From: an uncultured Eubacteriales bacterium
GTDB lineage: Bacteria > Bacillota > Clostridia > Christensenellales > Borkfalkiaceae
Length of the DNA: 64,000 nt
Reading direction: 5' to 3'
NCBI GenBank assembly: GCA_900540805.1
Contig: UQHL01000004.1
Span: 101,323-165,322, forward strand
The notes below the pieces were generated by a model. It was not told where the DNA came from. It worked only from the letters and a program-made list of their open reading frames with translations, and did no database searches. A program made the translations under genes and the position numbers. The number at the start of each line of letters is the position of its first letter. Position 1 is the first letter of the stretch. Of this stretch, positions 9,063-17,558 are shown one piece after another.

Positions 9063-9980
9063 TCAGAGAGTGCGTGTAGAAAAGGCGAGCAGATCGCCGT
9101 AAACCTCTTCCTTATCTATCTCGTTTAATATTTCATGCCGCATCTGATGATAGAGTTTGCCCGAAACATTGCGGTAGCCGACGTCGCGCAGAAGCTGCTG
9201 TGCTTTCTGCCATTTATCTTCGTCGATCAGCACGGGATCGTCGCTGCCCGAAACGAAGAAAACGGGGAGCATGGGCTTCTTTACAAAATATCCGTTTTTA
9301 TCGTATGTCTTTTGCATGAGGCGGAAAAGGTTTTCAAAGCCGTTGCAGGTAAATGTAAAATTGCAGTGCGGATCGGCGTTATACGCTTCGACAACCGATT
9401 TATTGCGCGTCAGCCAGGCGCCCTTTCCTTCGCCGGGGAATTTCTTATCCCCGTTGCCCGTCGAAAGCTGTGCCAGGGTATCGCTTCTGTGCCGCTCACC
9501 CTTGACCAAAGCCACGCTTTTGGCCATTGCCACGCCCGCGGCCGCAAACGGATTTTTACTGGGCGAGCCGCACACGATCAGCCTGTCGATCTCGTCGTCA
9601 TAATTCTGGATATAGCAGCGCACCACCATAGAGCCCATGCTATGGCCGAATAAGGTGACGGGGAGGTTCGGATACCGTTCCTTGAGCTTTCGCGTCACCA
9701 GCACGGCGTCCTCGACGACCGCGCGGGCCTTTTTATCCCCAAACCAGCCGAGATCGGCTTCCTCCTTGACGCTTTTTCCGTGGCCGCGGTGATCGTGGGC
9801 CGCCGCTATAAGGCCGTTCTCCGCAAGAAAACGCATAAAGTCGTCGTAGCGTTCCTTATATTCGCACATGCCGTGAACAATCTGGAAAATCCCTTTCGGC
9901 TCGCCCTCGGGAAGATACGCACAGCAGGAAAGAGGCAGACTGTCATACAAAGAATTAAGGGTAAATTTTTCGATTTTCAT
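9063..9980 (-). CDS. alpha/beta hydrolase (lysophospholipase/monoacylglycerol lipase-like)
   Basis: GHSMGS nucleophile-elbow motif. HGMCEY...RGHGKS N-terminal lipase-like context. Good RBS. Confidence 0.85.
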   Translation of the reverse strand: MKIEKFTLNSLYDSLPLSCCAYLPEGEPKGIFQIVHGMCEYKERYDDFMRFLAENGLIAAAHDHRGHGKSVKEEADLGWFGDKKARAVVEDAVLVTRKLKERYPNLPVTLFGHSMGSMVVRCYIQNYDDEIDRLIVCGSPSKNPFAAAGVAMAKSVALVKGERHRSDTLAQLSTGNGDKKFPGEGKGAWLTRNKSVVEAYNADPHCNFTFTCNGFENLFRLMQKTYDKNGYFVKKPMLPVFFVSGSDDPVLIDEDKWQKAQQLLRDVGYRNVSGKLYHQMRHEILNEIDKEEVYGDLLAFSTRTL

Positions 9981-10136
9981 TTTTTCTCCTCATCGCCTTC
10001 GTTTTTCGGCCTCCGAAAGCTGTTTTCCATATAAAATTTTATACCCGAAACGGCGGCGTTTCAACCGCTTTTTCGTAAATTCGTTTTTTACGCAAAAAAG
10101 ACGCCGTTTTTAACGGCGTCCGCTATGACAACTTTT

Positions 10137-10367
10137 TTACGCTTTCGCAAAGATCAGATGCTTGAACAGCAGGCACCAAATCAGGTCTAACCAACCGAAC
10201 GCAAAGCCCGCAAACGTAACGAGAATCGCAAAAAGCAACGTCACAAGGCTTTTCGTATGCAAAAACGCCGACCAGCGAATGAGTATCTCCACTACCCAAT
10301 TGACGCCGGGAATGAGGAGCAGAAGGATCTGCACCAAACGGCTCTGCTTGTTGAACCAGACTGCCAT
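10137..10367 (-). CDS. small hydrophobic membrane protein (2 TM)
   Basis: 76-aa ORF. Terminator-like hairpin at 10093-10120 downstream. Confidence 0.5.
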   Translation of the reverse strand: MAVWFNKQSRLVQILLLLIPGVNWVVEILIRWSAFLHTKSLVTLLFAILVTFAGFAFGWLDLIWCLLFKHLIFAKA

Positions 10368-10411
10368 AACAAACCTCCTAAAGTAAAAATTATGCCGAAC
10401 GCAGACATGCG

Positions 10412-11116
10412 TTACTCGCCTTTGGTTATTTTACCGACCCCCGCGCCCTTTTTCTCCAAAAGGCAATCGCCGTAATAGGTTCCCTCATACGTTCCGTCGC
10501 AGGTGACGTCGAGCAGGGCGTTGCAGGTGACTTCAAACTTCAAAACGCCGTCGCAGTCGATGCGCACCGTGTCCGCCGCAAAACGTTTGCTGCCAAATCT
10601 CAAGGTACCGTCGCAATCGATTGTAAGCTGATCCGCAGAGCCTGAAAAGGACCCCTTCATATCCCCATCCACATCGAAAGCCAACAAACCGTACTCGCCC
10701 TGAAGGGTACAATCGATCTGCCCCTCTATATCCGCCGTAAGAGAGGCTATTTTATTTGCCGCAGGCACGACGATGTTTAAGGCCTTGCTCTTATAGTCGA
10801 GCAACGAACCGATCGTACGCCTCTGAACGACTACCAGGGTTTCGTCTTCGACGGAAAAGGTAAACTTCTCCTGCTCGCTCTCCGCATAGCTTACGGAAAA
10901 ATCGCCGCCGTAAGAAATAGATAAAGCGATCCCGCCTTTGGCGTCTATGCGTATTTTTGAAAATTCCGCCTCGACAGCGTACAGCTGCCCTTCGGTATAG
11001 CCCGCCTCCTTCTCCATACTGATATCGCAGGAGGAAAGCGCCGCCGCGGCGCTCAACGCGGACATGCCTGCTATTGCGCAGGCGGCAAAATGTTTTATTT
11101 GCCCTTTTTTAGCCAT
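10412..11116 (-). CDS. lipoprotein with DUF4097-like (putative adhesin) beta repeats
   Basis: Signal peptide + lipobox (AALSSC). Repetitive D/T/G-rich beta-strand repeats (TIDCDGTLRF, RIDCDGVLKF, DVTCDGTYEG). Start moved to MAKKG (GGAGA RBS 6 nt upstream). Confidence 0.7.
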   Translation of the reverse strand: MAKKGQIKHFAACAIAGMSALSAAAALSSCDISMEKEAGYTEGQLYAVEAEFSKIRIDAKGGIALSISYGGDFSVSYAESEQEKFTFSVEDETLVVVQRRTIGSLLDYKSKALNIVVPAANKIASLTADIEGQIDCTLQGEYGLLAFDVDGDMKGSFSGSADQLTIDCDGTLRFGSKRFAADTVRIDCDGVLKFEVTCNALLDVTCDGTYEGTYYGDCLLEKKGAGVGKITKGE

Positions 11117-11282
11117 ATTTTTCTCCAAGGTTCTTTAGATACCTGTTCATTGTACACTTTTTCAGATACCTTGTCAAGCCTTTTTTATGAAAAGAGCAAT
11201 TTCCCTTTATATTCAATCCATTGAATATGAACAAGTTAAGCGTTCAACGCGACCCGTCCCCCGCTATTTTCCATTTTTTTCC

Positions 11283-12698
11283 TTATTTTTTCCCGCCTTC
11301 TTTTTCAGAAAAATCCCTGTCCGCCCTCTCGAGCACTCCCTTTAGATATTCCGCTGTTTCCCGACAGAGCTTTTCGTCCTCCGACTCCGTCAAAATCCGA
11401 ACCACGGATTCGGTTCCCGAGGGGCGCAGAAGGAGCCGCCCGCCCTTTTCCTTTAAGCATTCCTCCGCGTCCGCCGCGGCAAAAGCGACCGCCAGCGAAT
11501 TGAGCGCGCCCGTTTTGTTTTTCACTTTTACATTGACGACCGCCTGCGGATAGCTCTCCATGCCTTCAAACAACAAAGAAAATTTGCACTTATTTTCCAC
11601 CGCCATTTCGGTCAGCTTGATCGCGGTGAGGATACCGTCTCCCGTCGTGGCATATCTGGAAAAAATAATATGCCCCGAGGGTTCCCCGCCCAGCGTCGCG
11701 CCCGTCTCCAGCATTTTTTCATACACAAAGCGGTCGCCCACGCGCGTCTTTTCGCCGTTCACGCCCAAGTTTTGCAGGGAGGAAAACAGTCCGCCGTTGG
11801 ACATCACCGTGGCGACTATCGTGTTTTTATCCAGCTCGCCCCGCGGCGAGAGATAGCGCGCGCAGGCATACAGAATATGGTCGCCGCTTAAAATCCTGCC
11901 CGTTTCGTCCACGCAGACGCACCGATCGCCGTCCCCGTCGAAGGCGAAGCCCATATCCAGCCCGTTCTCCGTTACGCACCGCGCCAGCGCTTCGGGGTGG
12001 ACGGAGCCGCAGCCCAGATTGATATTCCGGCCGTCGGGAGAGGCGTGAATGGCTTTCGTTGCGGCGCCGAGCGTATCGAATACGCTTTTTGCAATAAAAA
12101 AGGCGCTACCGTCCGCGCAGTCCAAGCCGATTTTCAGACCGCGGAAGGAGACCCTCGAAAGGGAAACGAGGTAGCCGATATAACGGTTGCGCCCGGCAAT
12201 AAAATCTACCGTGCGGCCGACGCTTCCGCCAGTCGCGTAGGGAAGCTCCGCCCGCCGTTGGTCGGCATCCACGGCGGCCAAATGCGTTTCGATGAGATCG
12301 ATCAGCCGTTCGTCCGCCTTGCCGCCCAACGCGTCAAAAATTTTAATTCCGTTGTCCGTATAGGGATTATGGCTGGCCGAAATCATGATTCCGCAATCAA
12401 AATCCTCCGTCCTGGTAACGTATGACACGGAAGGCGTGGTAGTGACGTGAAGCAGGCAGGCGTCCGCACCCGAAGCGGTCAGCCCTGCGCTCAACGCATA
12501 TTCGTACATATAGGACGACAGGCGGGGGTCCTTTCCGATCACTACCCGACTGCGTATCTCCCCGTCTTCGTTTTTTACGCCCCTGCGCTTTTTCGTAAAG
12601 TACCAGCCGATAAAACGGCCGATCTCATAGGCGTGGCGCGCCGTCAATGCGACGTTTACTTCGCCGCGGAATCCGTCCGTTCCGAAATATTTTCCCAT
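11283..12698 (-). CDS. glmM: phosphoglucosamine mutase (phosphohexomutase family)
   Basis: MGKYFGTDGFRGEVN... N-terminus and the SASHNP phosphoserine loop (ISASHNPYTDNGIK). Start set at MGKYF with AGAGGGA RBS. Confidence 0.8.
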   Translation of the reverse strand: MGKYFGTDGFRGEVNVALTARHAYEIGRFIGWYFTKKRRGVKNEDGEIRSRVVIGKDPRLSSYMYEYALSAGLTASGADACLLHVTTTPSVSYVTRTEDFDCGIMISASHNPYTDNGIKIFDALGGKADERLIDLIETHLAAVDADQRRAELPYATGGSVGRTVDFIAGRNRYIGYLVSLSRVSFRGLKIGLDCADGSAFFIAKSVFDTLGAATKAIHASPDGRNINLGCGSVHPEALARCVTENGLDMGFAFDGDGDRCVCVDETGRILSGDHILYACARYLSPRGELDKNTIVATVMSNGGLFSSLQNLGVNGEKTRVGDRFVYEKMLETGATLGGEPSGHIIFSRYATTGDGILTAIKLTEMAVENKCKFSLLFEGMESYPQAVVNVKVKNKTGALNSLAVAFAAADAEECLKEKGGRLLLRPSGTESVVRILTESEDEKLCRETAEYLKGVLERADRDFSEKEGGKK

Positions 12699-12708
12699 AG
12701 CCGTCCCT

Positions 12709-13464
12709 CTATTTTTCTTCGCGCGGACGCGCACGCTGCATTTCATTTTCGACGCCGTGTGTCGCTCCGCACTCTCTTTGAGCGGGGACCTTGGCGCCGT
12801 TTATGCCGCTTGCGCCCTCGATTCGGCTGTAAGCGCCCGCCACGCTGCCCGCCGTGAGACGGACAAAGGGCCCGACGTCGGCAAAGGCCTCCACGGCGCT
12901 TTCCTCGATCAGCGTATAGGGACGGATACGCGCCCCGCTTTTAACCACGCTTCTGCCCGAAATCGTCACGTCGTGAGAAAGAACGGCGCCGCTTTCCACA
13001 AACGCCGTGGCATCCACATAGACGCCGTCCGTATTTTCAATGATTACGCCGTGGCGGAGCAATTTTTTAAGTATCTCGTGCCGCAGACATTCCGCCACGA
13101 AAGGATAATCCGCGGACGAAAGCAACGCCGCGCCCGCCTTCAGAGGCACATATTTTGCCTCCGATTTATCTTCGCCGTTTACAAGCACCCAACCCGCGCC
13201 GAAAAAAATATTTTTCTTTTCCGATTCCGCACGCCATACCAACGCTTCCACAGCCGACCTCGGCAGGCAGGTATGAGACGAACGTAAAACCACCAAGGTC
13301 TCCCCTTCGGCATAGTCGGGAAAAGCTTCCACGATATCCGCCTCAAATTTTTCGGCCGTGTGTTCGGCAACCGTTCTGCCGAGAATCTTCCATTCGCAGT
13401 CGGGGATGCCCGCCGCCGTAAACAGCCTCTCTTTCCATACGTACCAACGCACTGCTTTCCGCAT
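12709..13464 (-). CDS. GlmU-like fragment (partial pyrophosphorylase fold + first turns of a left-handed beta-helix); possible remnant
   Basis: Aligns by eye to the middle of GlmU (ETLVVLRSS...; hexapeptide-like turns VESGAVLSHDVTISGRSVVKSGARI). Lacks the N-terminal LAAGxGTRM loop and the C-terminal acetyltransferase end. Overlaps glmM by ~38 nt. Confidence 0.45.
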   Translation of the reverse strand: MRKAVRWYVWKERLFTAAGIPDCEWKILGRTVAEHTAEKFEADIVEAFPDYAEGETLVVLRSSHTCLPRSAVEALVWRAESEKKNIFFGAGWVLVNGEDKSEAKYVPLKAGAALLSSADYPFVAECLRHEILKKLLRHGVIIENTDGVYVDATAFVESGAVLSHDVTISGRSVVKSGARIRPYTLIEESAVEAFADVGPFVRLTAGSVAGAYSRIEGASGINGAKVPAQRECGATHGVENEMQRARPREEK

Positions 13465-13575
13465 ACTTTTTACTCTCCGATTTTTTCGCTCCCTATAGTT
13501 TATGCCCCGCCCTCTTTCGTTGTTCACGTCGTTTTTTTGAAAATTTTTCAAATTCTCTTGCAAACGCCGCCAAGG

Positions 13576-13650
13576 TGTGTTATAATAAAAGCGGAAATGC
13601 GTAAGCACGAAGTATTTACAGGTATTTCCGCGCCTTATTCAAACATAACG
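13576..13650 (+). promoter_or_regulatory. recurrent promoter(-10 GTTATAATA)+stem-loop cassette, copy 1, reading toward the LRR lipoprotein gene
   Basis: TATAAT at 13581-13586, then hairpin GCGGAAATGC-N21-GtATTTCCGC at 13591-13631. Near-identical cores at 19405-19500 and 43167-43450. Confidence 0.45.
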
Positions 13651-13697
13651 CAAGTTATGTTATAATAAATATAGTTTATCATAGAGGAGAAAATGAT

Positions 13698-14531
13698 ATG
13701 AAAAAAAGCTTTCCTTTACTGATTGCGGGTTGCCTGATTTTCGTCTCCCTGTTCGGAGCGGCCGCCTGTTCCAAAGACGAGGACGCCGACCTGAAAAAGG
13801 ACGCGCACAAGATTTCCGCTTCCGCCGAAGACAATATTTGCGAACACTGCGGCAAAAAGCTTTACGAGGGAGAAATCGAATACACGCTTTCCGACAATCA
13901 AAAATATTATATCGCAGAAATCTCCAGAGCCGACGGCGACGTTATCGTTCCGGGATATTACAAAGACCTCGGCGAGGAAGACTATTTGCCTGTGCTGGAA
14001 GTAGCCGTACCCGAAAACTATGCTTCTTCTGCCTGTTCTTTCGACTCATTGGAATTTTCCGCCACCGTTGAACATATTTCAATCGTTCACCTGAGCGGAA
14101 ATTTTGCGGGAGAAATCAAAGTTCCCGAAAAAAACAAACATTATAAAAGTATAGACGGCGTATTGTTCAATAAAGCGGGAACGAAGCTTGTATATTATCC
14201 CTCGAATCTCGAACAAACGAGTTACACCGTGCCCGCAAGCGTGGAAGAAATCGGCAAGCTCGCTTTTTCCAGACCTGATAATTTGAAAAAGATCCAACTG
14301 TCCGAAAACGGTAATCTCAAAAAGATTTCTTCTCAAGCCTTTTACAGATGTGAAAAAGTCGAATCCATCATTATCCCGAAAAGTGTGGAAACTATAGAAA
14401 ACGAAGCATTCGCAACGTGGAGTTGGACTGTTTATGTACGCTTTAAGGAAAACGAAATTCCCGATGGCTGGGGAAACGTTTTCATTAACGGAAGCAATAC
14501 GAAAATCGTTTACGGATATACGGGAGAATGA
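13698..14531 (+). CDS. leucine-rich repeat (BspA/LRR_5-type) lipoprotein
   Basis: Signal peptide + lipobox (FGAAACS). Repeated xIPxSVxxIGxxAF motifs (SVEEIGKLAFS, SVETIENEAFA). Confidence 0.75.
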   Translation: MKKSFPLLIAGCLIFVSLFGAAACSKDEDADLKKDAHKISASAEDNICEHCGKKLYEGEIEYTLSDNQKYYIAEISRADGDVIVPGYYKDLGEEDYLPVLEVAVPENYASSACSFDSLEFSATVEHISIVHLSGNFAGEIKVPEKNKHYKSIDGVLFNKAGTKLVYYPSNLEQTSYTVPASVEEIGKLAFSRPDNLKKIQLSENGNLKKISSQAFYRCEKVESIIIPKSVETIENEAFATWSWTVYVRFKENEIPDGWGNVFINGSNTKIVYGYTGE

Positions 14532-14545
14532 CGGTTTCAAAAGTA

Positions 14546-14576
14546 AAACGCGGACTTTTCGTCCGCGTTTTTTATT
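14546..14576. terminator. rho-independent terminator (bidirectional)
   Basis: aaacgcggac-ttttc-gtccgcgttt stem followed by TTTTATT. Confidence 0.7.
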
Positions 14577-14583
14577 CGGCTTT

Positions 14584-15258
14584 TTAACTCAGCAATACGG
14601 AAAGCAGTTTTTCGCGCTCTTTACAGGGCGACGCATAGGGAGAAGGAAATTCCCGACGGTGAAGGGACACGTCGGCGGCAATTTTTCCCTTTTTCAAAAC
14701 GACGATCCTGTCCGCCAGCATTAAGGCCTCCTCGAGATCGTGCGTCACAAATATTGCCGTCCGCTTCTCCTCGGCCGAAGTCGTCCAAAGCTGTGCAAAC
14801 ACACCCATCAGGCGTATCTTCAAAGCCGTATCCAGCGAAGAAAACGGCTCGTCCATCAAGAGCAGCCGAGCCGGCGCCAAAAAGGCGCGGGCAATGGCCG
14901 CCCTTTGTTTTTCTCCGCCCGAAAGAGCGTCCGGACGTTTATCCGCGCACGCCGAAAGCTCCGTCCTTTCGAGAATTTCCCCGATTTTCTCGTGTCTGCC
15001 CGCGGCATACTCGAGATTTTGCCTTACCGTCAGATTGGGCAGGAGCCGCGCTTCCTGAAAAATATACGCCGCACGAGCGGGAACACCCGAAAGAGTACCC
15101 GAAAAATCCGTAAGTCCCGCCAGAATATTGAGCAGCGTGGTCTTTCCCCCGCCCGACTCTCCCAACACGCATAAAATTTTGCCCGTTTCGATTTCGAGCG
15201 TAAAATTTTCGAATATCCGCTGGTTTCCGTAAGCTTTAGAGATATTTTCCAGTTTCAT
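14584..15258 (-). CDS. ABC transporter ATP-binding protein (NitT/TauT family)
   Basis: Walker A GESGGGKTT, signature LSGGEKQR, Walker B LLLMDEP. Confidence 0.85.
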   Translation of the reverse strand: MKLENISKAYGNQRIFENFTLEIETGKILCVLGESGGGKTTLLNILAGLTDFSGTLSGVPARAAYIFQEARLLPNLTVRQNLEYAAGRHEKIGEILERTELSACADKRPDALSGGEKQRAAIARAFLAPARLLLMDEPFSSLDTALKIRLMGVFAQLWTTSAEEKRTAIFVTHDLEEALMLADRIVVLKKGKIAADVSLHRREFPSPYASPCKEREKLLSVLLS

Positions 15259-16037
15259 TACCGCCGCCCTCCCGCCAGCCTCGCCGCAAACGAACCCAGC
15301 CCCTCCAGCAGAAAGCCCGTCGCCAGCACGAGAATGGTGAGCGCGAACAGAGAGGGCATTTCCACGTACAGCTTTGCCTCCTGCAACATGCCGCCGAGGC
15401 TTTGATAGGTATTGGCCAGCACTTCGGCGGACACCGTCAGTTTAAGGGAAAAGGACAGCGCGGCCGACGCTTCGCGCAAGGCATAGGGCGCGGCCGAGGG
15501 AAGATACAGCCCGAAGATACGTTTACGGACAGGCACGCGGTAAACCCTGCTCATCTCCACAAGCTTGGGATCTACCGAAGCGAGCGCCGCGGAAATCCCC
15601 GCATAAAGCATGGGAAAAAGCGCAAGGAACGCAACGACGACGGGCGCCGTTTTCGGGGTGGTCCATACGAGAATAATGAGGATCACGGCCATCGTCGGCA
15701 GACTTCTCAAAACGGAGACGAGAGGGGCCAAAAATCGACCGACAGGCGGCACCAAGTATGCGACTACCGCCAAAACGGAAGCCCCGATAAAGGAAAGGAA
15801 AAACGCTGCGAGCGTGCGCAGAAACGTTCCTGAAAAGGCATGCCAAAAGTCTTTATCCATCAAAAGCCGCCCCGCTTCTCGCATGGAATCGCCGAACGAC
15901 GGAAAAAGGTAATCGTTTTTCACCAGCGCGTGAACCGCCAGCCACGCCGCCCACAAAAAAGCGACCGCGGCCAAAGACCAAAATAAATTTTTTACGAAAG
16001 GCGGAAACCTTTTCGCCGCCCGACGCCCGTCAGGCAT
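15258..16037 (-). CDS. ABC transporter permease (NitT/TauT family)
   Basis: Polytopic protein with BPD_transp_1-like loop. Start set at ATG 16037 (MPDGRR...), 2 nt after the stop of the binding-protein gene. Confidence 0.75.
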   Translation of the reverse strand: MPDGRRAAKRFPPFVKNLFWSLAAVAFLWAAWLAVHALVKNDYLFPSFGDSMREAGRLLMDKDFWHAFSGTFLRTLAAFFLSFIGASVLAVVAYLVPPVGRFLAPLVSVLRSLPTMAVILIILVWTTPKTAPVVVAFLALFPMLYAGISAALASVDPKLVEMSRVYRVPVRKRIFGLYLPSAAPYALREASAALSFSLKLTVSAEVLANTYQSLGGMLQEAKLYVEMPSLFALTILVLATGFLLEGLGSFAARLAGGRR

Positions 16038-17070
16038 GGTAATAAAACCCCTCGGCAACCTTCGCTGCGGAAACGGGACTGACGGCAATCATTTTATCGA
16101 GAAAAGCGTTGACTTCCGTCTTATAGCCCGCCGCCGTTTCAAAGCGTATCCCACAGTGGGAAATGACCGCTTGGGAAAGATTTTTTTCGGTGAAAGCGGG
16201 AGTCATTCCCTCGGTGAGATGTCGGGAAACAGCCGAAACGATCAGCGAAGGCTCCGCTGTCTTCAGCCATTCAGCCGCCCCCTCCATCTCCGATATAAAG
16301 CTGTTTATCCATTCCCCGTTTCCCTGTATAAAGCTCTTTTTCGCCACCAGAACCGCCTGGGGATATCCTTTCTCCCCGCCGTACAGCTTTTGAAGATCCC
16401 CCACGAAGCTCAAAGGCTTGGGGGCGTTCGCCGTCGCCGTTACTTTGAGGCTGGCCGCGGGTTCGGGCACCACGTAACAATCGAGCCCCGTTGAGGGCGC
16501 GACCTGGTTGGGATCGACCGCCTTCAGATTTACCTTATCCGCCGCAGGCGAAGCAGAATTTCCCAGCTCCTGCCAGGGAACATTGTTTTCCTCGAGTATC
16601 ACCTTAAACGTGAGGCCGGGAACATTGGGAAGCTGAACCACGCCCACCGTTTTCCCCTTAAGGGCCTCTAAATTTTCGGCCGTATATTGCAGGGAAGCGT
16701 CGGTGGAAAGCATAAACAGATTTCCGTGCGTCACCGTCCCCAGCATTTGGTAGGTCTCCCCCGTCCCCAGCAATTTGGAGGCAAGGTTCAAAGGCAAAAC
16801 GCAAAGGTCTGCTTTGGGAGCTTCGCCCGTGACATACGTCTGGATCGTCTGCGCATTTACAACGTAATAGTGTTTCGAGTCCCCTTCCCGGTCCCAATGG
16901 AGCTGTTCGGCCATCGCCAAAGCGGGCGCGCCGTCGGGCAGATAAATTTCCACATTCGACGGGCCAATGACCGAGGGGTCGGAAGACGACTCCTTTTCAC
17001 GGGAAACACAGCCCGTAGCCATAAATACGGCGCTCAAAACGGCGCAAAGTGCCAATGCGATCTTTTTCAT
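16030..17070 (-). CDS. ABC transporter substrate-binding lipoprotein (NMT1/sulfonate-nitrate-type)
   Basis: MKKIALALCAVLSAVFMATGC lipoprotein signal. Start at 17070 with AAGGAGA RBS. Confidence 0.75.
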   Translation of the reverse strand: MKKIALALCAVLSAVFMATGCVSREKESSSDPSVIGPSNVEIYLPDGAPALAMAEQLHWDREGDSKHYYVVNAQTIQTYVTGEAPKADLCVLPLNLASKLLGTGETYQMLGTVTHGNLFMLSTDASLQYTAENLEALKGKTVGVVQLPNVPGLTFKVILEENNVPWQELGNSASPAADKVNLKAVDPNQVAPSTGLDCYVVPEPAASLKVTATANAPKPLSFVGDLQKLYGGEKGYPQAVLVAKKSFIQGNGEWINSFISEMEGAAEWLKTAEPSLIVSAVSRHLTEGMTPAFTEKNLSQAVISHCGIRFETAAGYKTEVNAFLDKMIAVSPVSAAKVAEGFYYHA

Positions 17071-17104
17071 AAAAATTTTTTCTCCTTTTTTGCGCCTTGC
17101 TCTC

Positions 17105-17353
17105 TCATATTTTCCCGAACAGCGCCTTGACGGCGACATTTTCCAATTTTCCCAGCCTGCCCGTCAAAGCGTTGGTGATCTCCACGGGTGCGTCAAGGAC
17201 GACGGAAAGGACGGAGATATTCTTTTCCCGATAGGGTATCCCCATTCTTCCCAAAATATATTCGCCGTAGCGGGAAAGCAATTCGTTGATGCTTTCGCTG
17301 GCCGAGCGGTCGGATACGAGAATGCTGACAACGGCGATGCGTTTTTCGCTCAT
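17105..17353 (-). CDS. small ACT/NikR-C-like regulator, resembling the 'putative iron-only hydrogenase system regulator' family (TM1266-like)
   Basis: 82-aa ORF MSEKRIAVVSILVSD...VLSVVLDAPVEITNALTGRLGKL. AAAGGAG RBS. Family assignment from memory of TIGR03959-type proteins, not verified. Confidence 0.5.
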   Translation of the reverse strand: MSEKRIAVVSILVSDRSASESINELLSRYGEYILGRMGIPYREKNISVLSVVLDAPVEITNALTGRLGKLENVAVKALFGKI

Positions 17354-17558
17354 AAAAAAACTCCTTTGCCGAAAGCAAAAGAGTTTTGTCCCGCGCCTGC
17401 CGCGCGAAACCGTTTATTCCGATACAATCGTATGCTCCGCATCGGGGTAGGACTTCTCCTTCCTCTTTGCCGAATAATAGGTAATCTCGGATATTCTCTT
17501 TTGCCGTCGGAAATTTTCTTTCGGTTCAAGTTTTATTTTGACAATTCGGCGCTTTGTT

